53,846 nt of DNA. It comes from Psammoneis japonica. Its lineage: Eukaryota. The DNA lies in contig QPGO01000331.1 of NCBI GenBank assembly GCA_008632985.1, positions 1 to 53,846 on the forward strand. The letters are read 5' to 3'. Made by a program: the position numbers and the translations under genes. Positions within the stretch are counted from its first letter, which is position 1; the number at the start of each line of letters is the position of its first letter. The notes under the pieces were generated by a model that was not told the origin of the DNA, did not search any database, and saw only the letters and a list, made by a program, of their open reading frames with translations. Of the stretch, positions 1 to 11,315 are shown piece by piece.

Positions 1-885
1 CACGCACTAACGCGTGTCAGTCATGTCGCGTGGGTCGCGCAAAAGTGCGCACCGAAACAACCGTCATGTGTTGCAATTAATTCGAATGCCCGGCACAAAA
101 TGCAGCAAAATGATTGGTGCAGGCAATCGTCATGGCTCCATTTTCTGACAGCAGCGAGGGCGGCAATCCAAAATCTTTCGGCTTCAGACTTCGATCTAGA
201 GAGTTCCACCTAAAAGAGGAGGAACCAATTTACACAGTTTTTTTTTGCATCCTTCGTCAATCGCTTGGCCATTGTCTCTCGCAAGGGCAGAATGGCAAGT
301 CCACAATGCACACTCGTGTCGAACAATGCGGGTCCATAAGCTCTCATTCGTTGTTGTTTTGCCTTGTTACTCGCATTCGAATTGGAAATGGACATGTAAA
401 AAACATCCATCAATGAGGATAATTAATGATAGAAAATCTGTGTAAATTCTCAAACGGTGGATTTTTCTTAGAAAATGGCGATGTGCCGCTTTTGGCCCCC
501 AATCCCCAATTGTGTCATGATGCAACACTCTTTTAGCCCGCTGTTTTCGCAAAGATCTCTGTTGACCTTCTGACCGATGCCAGCAGACAGGGTTTGCATG
601 TGTAACAACGGGAAGCCCTTCTTAGAGTGGTTTTACACAGTTTGCTCTTGCAAGAGGACAGACCGGTCGGAAGAGGACAGACCGGTTTTTTACTTGTACT
701 CCTCGCTCATACTGTACAGCAATGCAACAATCAAAGCAACGCAACAGCGCAAGATCGCGCATCTAACGGCTTTAGAGGGGCGAGACGAAGGCAGCACGAA
801 ACAACAGCGTTACTAGCACTAGATACGAGATAGCGCCGACAAGAGTGGAAGAAATCTTTGTTTCCATGAGAAAGCGACAACTGAG

Positions 886-1344
886 ATGAGTTCTAGCGAC
901 AGCGACCTTGTGCGAATCGAAAACGTAAGGTCTTCACAGCACGTGTCCACTGGCGGTGCACACGCGTGCATGACGAGGTTCTTGTCGGCAGAAGGAGATG
1001 AGCTAGAAAGCAACGATCAGAAATACCTAGCCAAGGAGGAAGTAATGACTCGACTGAGGGCGATATGCCATTCATTGGTCGCAACGAAAGAAACTGAGAC
1101 AACTGCGAGCCTCGAAAGTCTGATAGCGTCTTCAACGAAAAGACAAGGAAAAGAAGACAAGATTCGAGAAGCAGTTAGAGTGGTCCCCTTCATCAATGAA
1201 GGTCCATCCGCACTGGATGACGAGACTGAGGGCAAAAGACATATGAATGAAGCCGCTGTCAGGGAGAACCAAATGTGTGAGAAGAAACGAAAGCGCAAAG
1301 AGGATAAGGAGAGCAAGCGAGCAAAAAAGAATGGGAAGATTTAG
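886..1344 (+). CDS. Hypothetical protein with basic K/R-rich C-terminus (possible NLS)
   Basis: 152-aa ORF with normal TA content and natural composition. No recognisable domain; upstream exons possible. Confidence 0.4.
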   Translation: MSSSDSDLVRIENVRSSQHVSTGGAHACMTRFLSAEGDELESNDQKYLAKEEVMTRLRAICHSLVATKETETTASLESLIASSTKRQGKEDKIREAVRVVPFINEGPSALDDETEGKRHMNEAAVRENQMCEKKRKRKEDKESKRAKKNGKI

Positions 1345-1869
1345 TCTAAAAAGAAGAGCTCCGAACTAACCCACAACATAATCGATCTTGGCACAAATGA
1401 AATTGAAAATGGCTTGATTGATGAAAGAATGCGAACCTACAATGATGTGTGGATCAACATTTATTTGACTGCGACTATTGAATATTAAAGAAAAATATGA
1501 GATGTGAGCTACGGAACTTTTTGGTAATGCTGGGGTCTGCACGAACACTTACTCTAGCTCTAGATAGGGTTAATGTTGATCCTGAGATTGACTTGCAGGG
1601 GGTCGGGCGGGGCTCTAGAGGCCCTACTCTAGGCTACTCGCTCTTATTAGAGTGGTTTGAGGTCGGTGGTCGGTTTGCCAGATACGGTAGCTCTCTTTCA
1701 AACATTCCGGGTTCTCCTTTGGCTTCGCATGTTCACGTCATGATGACTTGGCTGGGATGGACCTACTTGTACTACCACTACTTATGATAGTACTCTACCG
1801 GTAGAGAGCAGAGCCCTACGTACTTCCATACGGTACAGTTAGTTCTGTAGACTAGGCGGCGAGTTGGAG

Positions 1870-4800
1870 ATGAAAGGAGGGATGCGATGCACAATGGACA
1901 CTCAACACGACGTCGCGACGACCGAACACAGTAGACTAACTATTCTGGATTCTTCATGGGACAACGAAGGAAAACTGAACATGACTGGGTCGATAGACAT
2001 GGAAGGTGTCCCCACCAGTAGTGGCTCAATGAACGAGACGGCACCGAACTCGTCCGTGGTGGAAGAAGAAATAGCTGCGGAAGCTTCTCCCATCACGCCG
2101 CCACGAGACCGCACTTCTTCACAGGAATGTGTGTTGGAGGACGCATCTCCGCAGTCGCTTGAATTTGATGGCGGAGAAAAATCTCTTCCGGCATCTGGGT
2201 CTGCAACCCCAGTTCCTGAAGACGACGTTGAAGCAGAGACGGGGGACAGGGACGAAGACGAGCCTGAGACGTGTCCCAGATGGGCAACAGCGTTGCAGAG
2301 CCCGTCGGAAGGCGGACAGTTCTCACCATCGGTGGAATTGAAGAGCCCCGTAAGCCTGCACGGAACCGGTTTGCTACTGGCGGTAGACCGAGCGAAAAGA
2401 CTTTCTAAGTGTGGTCGTCGTTGCTCGACTCTGTTTTATGACGTTGCTGCTCTATATGATACCTTCGCTCAAGCCGTACTCAAGACGAGCCAAGCACTAC
2501 AATCTCCAATGGGAGGAACACCCGTGGCGGGTGTGTCAAATGCCTGTATCAATAGCTTGATGTCGTTTTCCAAACAAATACAAGGACTTGCAATATGCTT
2601 GCGTGGCAGCGTGGCCCGTCCTCTTCATGGCTCGATGACGTCGCTGGGAGACGCCGCACCCAACGTATACAATCGGTACACCTCAACTCGAGCCAAATGC
2701 TTTGATGCAAGGAAGGCGGCTCTTAATGTGCGCACAAAGTACGTCAAAGCTGTTCGTGACGCGGAAAGCGCGATCGAGGACTTCAAGCAAGCGAAGCAAA
2801 GTCAAGACCCAACCAGAACCGTAGAAAGGGTGCAGTCTTCAGACAGTGCTGACATGTCAGTTTCCTCGACGACGGCCGACGCTGCTTTAGAGGAAAGTGA
2901 ATCGAAGGGATGGGAAAAGTCAATCATGAAGTTGGGACAAAAACAAGGTGGTTTTGGTAACGTAACTGATGTCGTATCGCGTCTTCTGAACCAAGTGCAG
3001 ACACTCGAAGGTCAATACATGAACCTCGTGGACGAAGAAAACAAGGCTGTATCTCAAGCTCAGACGATGGAGGTGATGGCACTCGAATCTCTTCAAGAAT
3101 TGGAAGAGGTATGTCTTTCTAACTTCAACTCATGGTCGTGATTTATGATTTTGCTCAATTGGATCTGTCGTTGTCGTGCTACAAAAGGAACGGCTACAGT
3201 GCTTTGTAGAAACAATCAAGCGCACGCTCGAAGCAGAAATGGGTGCGCTGGAGAAAATGATGCTTTCTTCAGATCATAACCAAGAGGGTAATGTGGACGC
3301 CATATCTGTAGAAGAAAAGAAAGGCAACGTTTTTACTTCTTTTCTCAAGACCGCCTCCTCGCAATTCGACGAAGGTATTGGAATCATGGACTCTGAGACC
3401 ATGGGACTTCCCGAAGAGGCGGGTAAGTTGCGAGACGAAGTTAAGTCGCAACTGTCGCGCCACTCATCGAGATGTCAGTCGATCAAATCTCTCATTAGTT
3501 TCTTCGATGAGATAGCCACCGCGTGCGCCTCCCTTGCGGCAGGAATGACCTCGAGACTTGGACAGGAAGGGTATGGACCAAAAAAGTAAGTAAGCTCTAT
3601 ACATTGGATATACAGTTGAAAGACTATATCACTTATATTAAACACGTCAAACAGGAGGAGCAGTGCACCCAACGGACTTTTGTCCGTGGCTATGGCGAAG
3701 AACGAAGGCAACAGTGTTCTTCGTTTCTGGAATAGTTTGAACGACACAATTGTTGAAAGTATCGCTGCCGCCCGAACGCTCTCAGAAACCTTTAAAGCTG
3801 CTCGAATATCTGCGCTAGAGACTTTGACAGCCGCAGACCGTGAAATGAAAGCCGCTTCCGACGCGGACGAGCAAAGGTGGAAGTACCTGTGCGATGCTGC
3901 CCGGAATGAAACTAAAGCGCAGTCTCGGTATAAACAGACGTCGAGTCAATTTGAAAAGGCCAGAAGTCGAGTACGGTCTGTCGATGACGGCAAAGACATT
4001 GCCGAGTCAGCCTCTGCTCCACCCCGAAAGGATTCTGGAATGACACAAGGAATGACGAAGGCTCTTGGGAATGTCATTTCGATTCTTCCAAACGGAGGGG
4101 AGCACGCAATGAAGATGATGACACCAAATGCGAGACGTAAGCTCGCACAGAAAAGTCTCGAAGAAGCAAATGAGAAAGAGGCGAAACACAAGTATAATTT
4201 GGAATCGGCAACGGCAATTAGAATCCAGGCGTTAAAGTCATACACCGATTCAGCAGAAGCGATGATCGACAAATTCAAGGACAGCGACGAACGAGGGTGG
4301 TCTGCGATTCGTGCGTCTCTAGAGGTGTCGGTGTCGAAGTTTGAAGTTTTCGCCAAGAGCGCTACAAATGCCTTGAGGTGCCATCTCGGCTTGTCGGAGA
4401 GACTGCGAATACTGCAATAACAACAGATATGGTCACATGGACAGCTCGGGTACGAAAGCACGTTGCAAAGAAAGCGAAACAGCAAGGCGCGGATTTGAAA
4501 CACGGGTTTAAACTCATGATTCAACTTGAAACATCCCCTGATGTTTACAAATTGTTGGCTTTAGTTCATAGTAATGACGAAGAACTTGAGAAGAAACGCG
4601 TGTCGAACGAGATGGTGGATTCGAGTAGCGAAAAGCTGCCGAACGAATCTCGGAGTGAACCGTTGTCGCCAAGTACACGAGACTTGATGTCGCTGTCAGA
4701 AGCATTGAAGGACCGTGTTGGTGTGGACAAGAGCTGCCAGATTTCATTAAAGCCCCGATTTCTCGCTGGAGGCCCGACTCTCGCCTCTGAGACGAAGAAG

Positions 4801-6168
4801 GTTTCAGCAACAAATAAGGCAGAGACCGACGTGTTTTTGGCTCATTTCTGGAGAGAGAAAGAAGAGGTACCACCGACCGTAATCGAATCATTCACATGTG
4901 CATACTGGACGAAGGAGGGAGACGGCTACATTGCACCGTTGCTTCATGGTCGCATGTTTGTGACATCATCGACAATGTATTTTGTTGGGTGGGGAGAAAA
5001 GAAGATTGTTCTGAACTGGAAAGATGTAGTCGATGTAAAGAAGGAGACAACCTTGGCTGGGACTATCGACAACGCTATCCGAGTAACCTACCGGGAAACA
5101 GGAATACCAGACGAATCGTCGTATTTCTTTGGTAGTTTTGCTTATCGCGACGACGCATTTGAGCTGGTAGATAGACTGTGTACAATCGCCAAATCCTTGA
5201 AAGAGATGGTCCCCAGAACAGATGATGCTAAGGAAAACTTACCTCCTGTGCCGCCTGATGATGCACTGAAAAAGATGGAAGTTGTCCTATCAAAGAAGAT
5301 GAAGAACGTGCTTCCCAGGAAGTTTTACGAAATCGTTTGGTCAGAGGGGGCAAATGCGGACTCTGAAACATTATACAAGGCCTGGTTAGAGAACATGGGC
5401 TCTCGTTGTGTCAAAGTGACCAATTGGGAGTTCTCTGAGGATGGTTCCAATAGTATTGTGAATGCATTCGATGGCGAAGGCTATTCACAGAAAAGAATTG
5501 TCAATTTTGAATTTACAAGGACGACTCACTTGTACATCGGGCCTCCGGTAGCTCAGGTAAAGCAAACACACTATTGCAGGGTGGACGATAATGACAAGGT
5601 TGTACTGGCAATGACCGTTGAAATGATTGGAATCCCGTACGCGGACTGCTTTGCTGTAGAAGCTCGCTGGGTTGGGAGACGAGACGGAGCGAGAGATCTT
5701 CACGTTCAGGTTGGAGTTTTTGTGGATTTCAAGAAATCAACCATGTTTGCGGCAAAGATTCGGAAAGGAACCATAGAGGAATCAACTCCTGTCCACAGGA
5801 ATCTCTTCGAGTTTGTACAAAAGAAGCTTGTATCAACCGGTGAGGGAGAAGAGCCGGAACCGGTGGATCTTGATGTGATTGCCACAGAAAATGAAGCCCC
5901 TGCTCCAAAGAAACCAATCGAACTATTTTGGGAGAGCGTTACGAACAAGATTTCATTGCTCACGAAAAATCCAATGGATGCATTATTTGATGTGTCCCTT
6001 CTCCTCCTCCTTCTCTTTGTAACTTCATTCGCTTATTCTGGATCACGAGAATCGAGAGAAATCGAGCACCTTGGAAAGCGAATTGACGATTTGCACGATG
6101 AGATGAGAGAAATGCAACGTACTTTAGACGCGATCCTGTCGATAATGAAAGAATCGGTAGAGAACTGA
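1870..6168 (+). CDS. GRAM + VASt (StART-like) lipid-transfer protein (LAM/Aster/VAD1-like) with long helical, F-BAR-like N-terminus and C-terminal TM segment
   Basis: GRAM motif ESFTCAYW...LHGRMFVTSSTMYFVG. VASt motif MIGIPYADCFAVEARW...F.KSTMFAAKI. Hydrophobic VSLLLLLLFVTSFAY followed by a coiled coil. GT-AG introns at ~3109-3187 and ~3586-3654. A 1-nt frameshift near 4372 joins ORFs 3680-4420 and 4378-6168. Start codon uncertain (1870 or 1894). Confidence 0.8.
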
Positions 6169-6286
6169 TGGAGGATGCATACCTCTACCATAATTTTAAA
6201 ATTAACAGCTGAAAAGCGATAGAATGTTTGTTACCGCGTCTTAATTTCAAGGTACCACAACAGGGTCATACATAGTGTTTGTCACT

Positions 6287-7534
6287 TCAATCGATCTCAT
6301 CCATGATTCCTTCTTTGTTTGTTTCAGACTCATCGCCGTCAGGTAGCGATGCAGTGATGTGCAAAAACGTTGCCACGTTCTTGGACGCAAATTCACATAC
6401 TTCGCACCCATGCTGCACCGTTATAGTGCCACCGCGATCTTTAAGTCTGTATCGATTCATGTCAATTTCCTCGACGACGATTATCATCTTTCTATCGTTC
6501 CGAAGAAGAGTGATAAGTTCACGGAGCGCGCTTCTGTTGTACGGGCCAAAAATGTGAACACTTGATTTCTTGTCTTGGCGAAGCAGTTTCTTCATTGTCT
6601 GAGACAACGCCACTAGATCAGAAAACAAATAGGCACAGTCACTAGCAACGACGGTGTCATAACTGGCCTCATAGCTACCAACAACGGCCGTCCTCCTTCC
6701 CTTTTCGGCGAAATCGTGCCAATTCAGTTTCCTCACATGCAAACGAGGTCCTACTACCCTCCCGTACGATTGACGAACTCGACCAATATTGTCTCTGCAC
6801 TGATTAATGACTTCTGCCTTGTAGTCTGTCATTGTAAATGACTTCATTTCTGGTGGACGATGAATGTGACTCATGATCCCGCCAAATCCAACCCCGCTCC
6901 CTAGTTCGATTACGTCACCAAAGAGCAATTCTGGATGCATAGAGAAGAACATGGCCATAACAATAGAGCTTTCCCATGTTGTAGAACCTGTACCCGCACT
7001 CCCTAGAACACCGTGATCAATTTCTTTGAGTTCAAACGACAGCATGGGATCACCCAGTCGCGCGAGGTCTTCTTTTTCACACCGGGGATGAATTGGTGTT
7101 ACTGAAGGCACGTTTTTTCTCAAAACAAAGCGTTTTGAGGCTCGCTCCAGGTCGTAATGCTCCTCTACAGCGAAAGGATTCCTTATCGAGTGACGGATCG
7201 AAGAAGACACGTCGAGCTCATAGTATGTTCTCGTCACTCCGTCACGCGATATGCAAAACGTATCGCCTTCGAGAAGCAATGGTGGCGGGGACAAAAAAGA
7301 AACGGCAACATTTTGTTGCTCTACCAAGGGCGTTAGTATTTCGTTCGAGGTGCTTGGACGACATTGGAAAAAATCTTCGCTGTTTCTAACAGGACGGGAT
7401 TGCGGGTATCGCGTCGGTGCTGATGTCACGTGAGCATTGACTGCTTGCTGGCTAAACACCCCCGACAAGGTCTGAAGACTCCGAGATCTTGATGTAGACG
7501 ATGCCATTGCCGCTCTGAACTTTGGTGTGGGCAT
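6287..7534 (-). CDS. Class I SAM-dependent protein-lysine methyltransferase, METTL21/Methyltransf_16 family
   Basis: Motifs GTGSTTWESSIVMA, VIELGSGVGFGG, MTDY, KLNW, YDTVVASDCAY. Start uncertain; the ORF is open to 7690. Confidence 0.85.
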   Translation of the reverse strand: MPTPKFRAAMASSTSRSRSLQTLSGVFSQQAVNAHVTSAPTRYPQSRPVRNSEDFFQCRPSTSNEILTPLVEQQNVAVSFLSPPPLLLEGDTFCISRDGVTRTYYELDVSSSIRHSIRNPFAVEEHYDLERASKRFVLRKNVPSVTPIHPRCEKEDLARLGDPMLSFELKEIDHGVLGSAGTGSTTWESSIVMAMFFSMHPELLFGDVIELGSGVGFGGIMSHIHRPPEMKSFTMTDYKAEVINQCRDNIGRVRQSYGRVVGPRLHVRKLNWHDFAEKGRRTAVVGSYEASYDTVVASDCAYLFSDLVALSQTMKKLLRQDKKSSVHIFGPYNRSALRELITLLRNDRKMIIVVEEIDMNRYRLKDRGGTITVQHGCEVCEFASKNVATFLHITASLPDGDESETNKEGIMDEID

Positions 7535-7724
7535 CAGAACATGCTTTCGGACAGTAACACCTAACACCGAATGAATCCAGATTTGAAAACAAGACCAGCC
7601 CAGGAAGTGAGTCCGTAGGGCCCTACAGTAATCATCATCATCACAGAAGATCCGTGTCAACAACATTGACGTCATCACGAACTCGTGCATACTCTACAGT
7701 CTACAGTCTTCTCTCTAGAGACTA

Positions 7725-10700
7725 CCGCTGGCCTCAAACGTTCCCGGCGTCCGTGACTGAAATTTCACCACGATGAAGTACGTGAGTCGAGTGAGTCGAT
7801 TGGACTCAAACGTTCCCGATTTGGCATAAAAAACGGCATGTTGCACTTTGATGTGTCTCGACATGGCAAACTTCGTTGGGTCGACGTATCTTTCTTGGGG
7901 GATCTTTTTCTATTGTTGTTATAAAGAGGTTGATGCATTGGTTTGGTTTCCGGGGGGGCTTCCGTTGCAACACACGGTGTGAACAGTTGCGTGCCTCGAC
8001 TCGTGACTCGATTGCGTCGCGGTGCGGGCTACATCTGAATGGTCGACAACGTCACAGAGGTAAGTTCTTTCTTTGTTTTCTCATTTTACACCAATTGCAT
8101 GCTCACCAAAGATGTTGTTTGCGCTTTGTTAAAGCTTCGCAGGTGGATTGATCGTCTCGTGCCGTCGATTGTTGCATCTGTGATGTTGGCGTTTTTTTCG
8201 AGGCGTTTGCACCACCACAGCGCATCCGTTTGGGAGCCTTGTGCCTCGTCCCACTCTACATCCTTTGGTGCACCTGTCATGCACATCAACATGGATTTGT
8301 GATGCGCTTGACATCCTTCTTGGGGGCTTGGTCGGCGCACAATCATGGCATGTCGTTTTTCGGCCGTCACAATGTTTGGAAAGTGCATGCCGTGGGAACA
8401 AAATGACGCAATGGAGCCTGGAGGACATTTGTGACAGTGGCATTTGTCAGACAGTCTTGTCACAGTCCACAAAAGGTTCGGAGGCAAAGATCGCACTCTT
8501 CTTGGGAGACTTGCCGTTTGATGGCAGACATGGCGGATTCAAAATCAGGGCAACGCAGAGTTTTCTGGCCAATGACACCGGAGACCACGAATCCCTTCAG
8601 CATCTTCTTCCATTGCGATGACTGAGTCAGGATTGACAGAAGTTTGGTGAGCAAGTTGACGATTGCATCCTTGTCCTTTCCAAGCTGAAGGGGAGTCTTT
8701 TCCAGGGCTCTTGCAGCCTCCAACTTGTTTGCATGAGCATGGGCGTCTAACTCTGTGGTTGTGGCTTGTTTCTTCAGGACAGATTTCGCAGCACTGAAGA
8801 CATCAGCTTGATTGCAAGATGCTTCCGATCCGGTCCTTGCAGGGTTGGTCTTGCTGGAGGTCATCTTCTCTTCATCATCAATTTTTGTCGCTTCTGGGGA
8901 AACCGTGTTTGCATCAATTTGTCCACGGTCACCATCCATGACAAGAATGCTGCGCTCGTCTTCAGTGGGTGCTTGGTCCAAGGCACCCATGCAGCCTCGC
9001 AACTTGTGATGCTGTCTCTGCACACAAGGCAAATGGACAAACTTGCGATGCATCACTGTGTGCTTGAGCTCAGCTTTGTCAACGTCGTCCCTCATGAACA
9101 GGACAAAGCCGACACCAGCATCAACGTTCGCATCACCTCCTGGACACAGCCCGTGCACATCCACTGAATGTGCACCATCCTTGTTGCCATGCGCATCTTT
9201 CGTGTGTCCTTTTGGGAGCTGACGTTTCGTCATCTTCTTGAACGTCAACATGACTGGCACGGCTTCTCCAGAAGCAACCATTGTGACGGCAAGTTTTGCT
9301 CTGAGGCACTCAAATGATGGATCTTTGCCTTTCTCACACTTTGAGTGATTTCCTGCGTCTGCGTTGTCTTTGGCAGCAACAACGCGCCACTCTAAAGGGT
9401 CTCCAGGTTGGGGGCCTTTCATGACAGCAAGCCCAGTGTCGTCCATTCCCATGTTGAGGGATGTGCTCGTCGGATGTGCTTTGTTTCCACGACATGTTTC
9501 AACAAGGTCAAGAAAGGTTTTTGCACCTGCAGTCAGGTTGGAGACCACGTTTTCAAAGGCTTTGTCCTCCCCATCAACAAGCGTTGCATCGGCGCATGGA
9601 ATGACCAAGGTTGTGGTGGCTCGCAAGGAGCGTTCGGCCGTGATGCGATTGTCGGTCTTGCGCTGCATCGTCTTGGTCATTGACAATTCACTGTTCTTCC
9701 CCAGAGCCAACCCGCGATGCCTCTTGGCTTCTCTTGTGGACACAGCCGTGTTTTCCGCCATTGGAACGACACCGCGCTCTGTCATTTTGGTGCATTTGTG
9801 ATCTGCCAAAGCTGTCTTCATTTCATCAAGCCCGAATGACTCACCGTCGTTTTGAACTGACTTCTTGCCAATCACTTGAATCTCATTGTTTGAGGCAACT
9901 GGTGTGTTTCCCCTGGCATGCCACTCTGTGTGCATGGGGTTGCCACTCGAGCAACTTTGAATTGTTTTGTTGCCAGCTCGTTGCACAGTGAAGGGAACCA
10001 GCGAGTGTTCCATTGTGCAAAATCAATGGCTTTGGTGCGATCTTGTTTGGGAATCATCAAAGCCATGTCAGCAAATTCCATCTTGCTGTGCATTTGTGTT
10101 TCCTTGTTTGCAGGCACGCAGAAGTTTGCACGAAGATGATGCGGTGGCTCAAGCAGTTGCGGTCTCTTGTTCACAGCATGTGCCCCTGGTTTTGGTGGCT
10201 GGTTTTCTTTGTCGTTTGCACTTCGGCACACGTCCTCTGGCACGGCGAGGGAATTGGATGGACGTTTCGGACCGGCGGCTCTTGATTCTTGCAATCGGCC
10301 CATGCTCACATTCTCTTGCATTCACTTCTGGCGGGCTTTTTCACTGTTCAAACGATTGTGGACGCACTGAACATTGGGGAGTTGAGCGGCACGAGCTGCT
10401 GTCACGGTTGCTCCTTTTGTCATCGCTTGCGAAATGGAAAGGCTGTTTTCGACAACTTTGAGCTTGCTGACGACTTCTTTCAACTTCTGCTGTGATGCTT
10501 TCTTCCCACTGTTCAATGTGTTCTGGACCTCTTTCAACACATTTTGCTGGTGTTGCATGTCCGAAGCGACAGCAGAACTGTCAAGAAGACCGTCGAATGC
10601 ATTGTCCATTTGGGATTTTTGCATCAACGCAGCGGCATTTTCTTCTGCATCCTTGAGCAATGAAGCAGCAGACAAAGCACACAGATGACTCATGGTTTGT

Positions 10701-10873
10701 CACTGTTCTTTGTGGTGTTCATTGGAGCTGCGACTGCATTTGAAACAACAGCAGCACGGTCATTGCAGCGTTGGCGTTGACCCGTCGCGTCAGAGGGAAT
10801 TCAAATCTTGCGTGCATCATCCTTCGCGTGCGGCGGGAACGTTTGAGGCAACGGGGACGTTTGAGGCCACCGG
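7725..10873 (-). mobile_element. Tc1/mariner-pogo-like DNA transposon, TA-erased relic
   Basis: 22-bp TIRs: CCGCTGGCCTCAAACGTTCCCG (7725-7746) and CGGGGACGTTTGAGGCCACCGG (10852-10873). Subterminal copies at 7801-7818 and 10834-10850. Flanked by TA (7723-7724) and CA (10874-10875). Contains a DDE-like ORF. Confidence 0.85.
8086..10693 (-). pseudogene. Degenerate DDE_1/pogo-like transposase
   Basis: ORF 8460-10013 has LNMGMDDTGL (cf. NMDETG), SILVMDGDRGQ (cf. LLILDGHxSH) and NPARTGSEASCNQADVF (cf. PxxxTxxxQPxDxxxF). Broken into several frames; no Tyr in 517 aa. Confidence 0.7.
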
Positions 10874-11315
10874 CAGTCTTCGGGAATGTTAAAACAGAAA
10901 TGACCCTGACATGCCACTGTCAAAAAACTCTGTTCTGATGTTCCAAAGTGCCAGAAGTGCTTCCCAGCAGAAAAACCTGCCAGAGCTGCGTCCCTCCGGG
11001 TTGGCACTTCCAGAAAATTGGAACAGCCTGTTCCAACATTCCCGGAGTGCCTCATGATGCCATTTGTCTTTTCTGCACATGTTCTGCACAGAGTGCATGC
11101 CAGCGTTTTAAGATCCCATGCGCCACCACAAGACTCCTTCCCGGGACTCGTGAGATTTGTGTCATCAAAGTTTCTGCCGCTCGCACCATTCCTGTCACAA
11201 CAATCAACCCACAATCTGAGTCCGACAAACAGCAACAGTTCATTTCATCGCTGTCTCCTGACAATGTCAACAACACAACATGCCAGGGGGGTGAACTGGA
11301 AGGCACAGTGGATGC

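Noticed and set aside
1..880. Short ORFs at the window start (and at 53400-53846)
   Set aside because: No recognisable motifs or splice-supported model.
6287..7534. Methyltransferase as the DNA adenine methylase behind the TA signal
   Set aside because: Its motifs are METTL21-type protein methyltransferase (W..S..L, ELGSG, ASDC.Y), with no DPPY/NPPY/DPPW motif. Adjacency is probably incidental.
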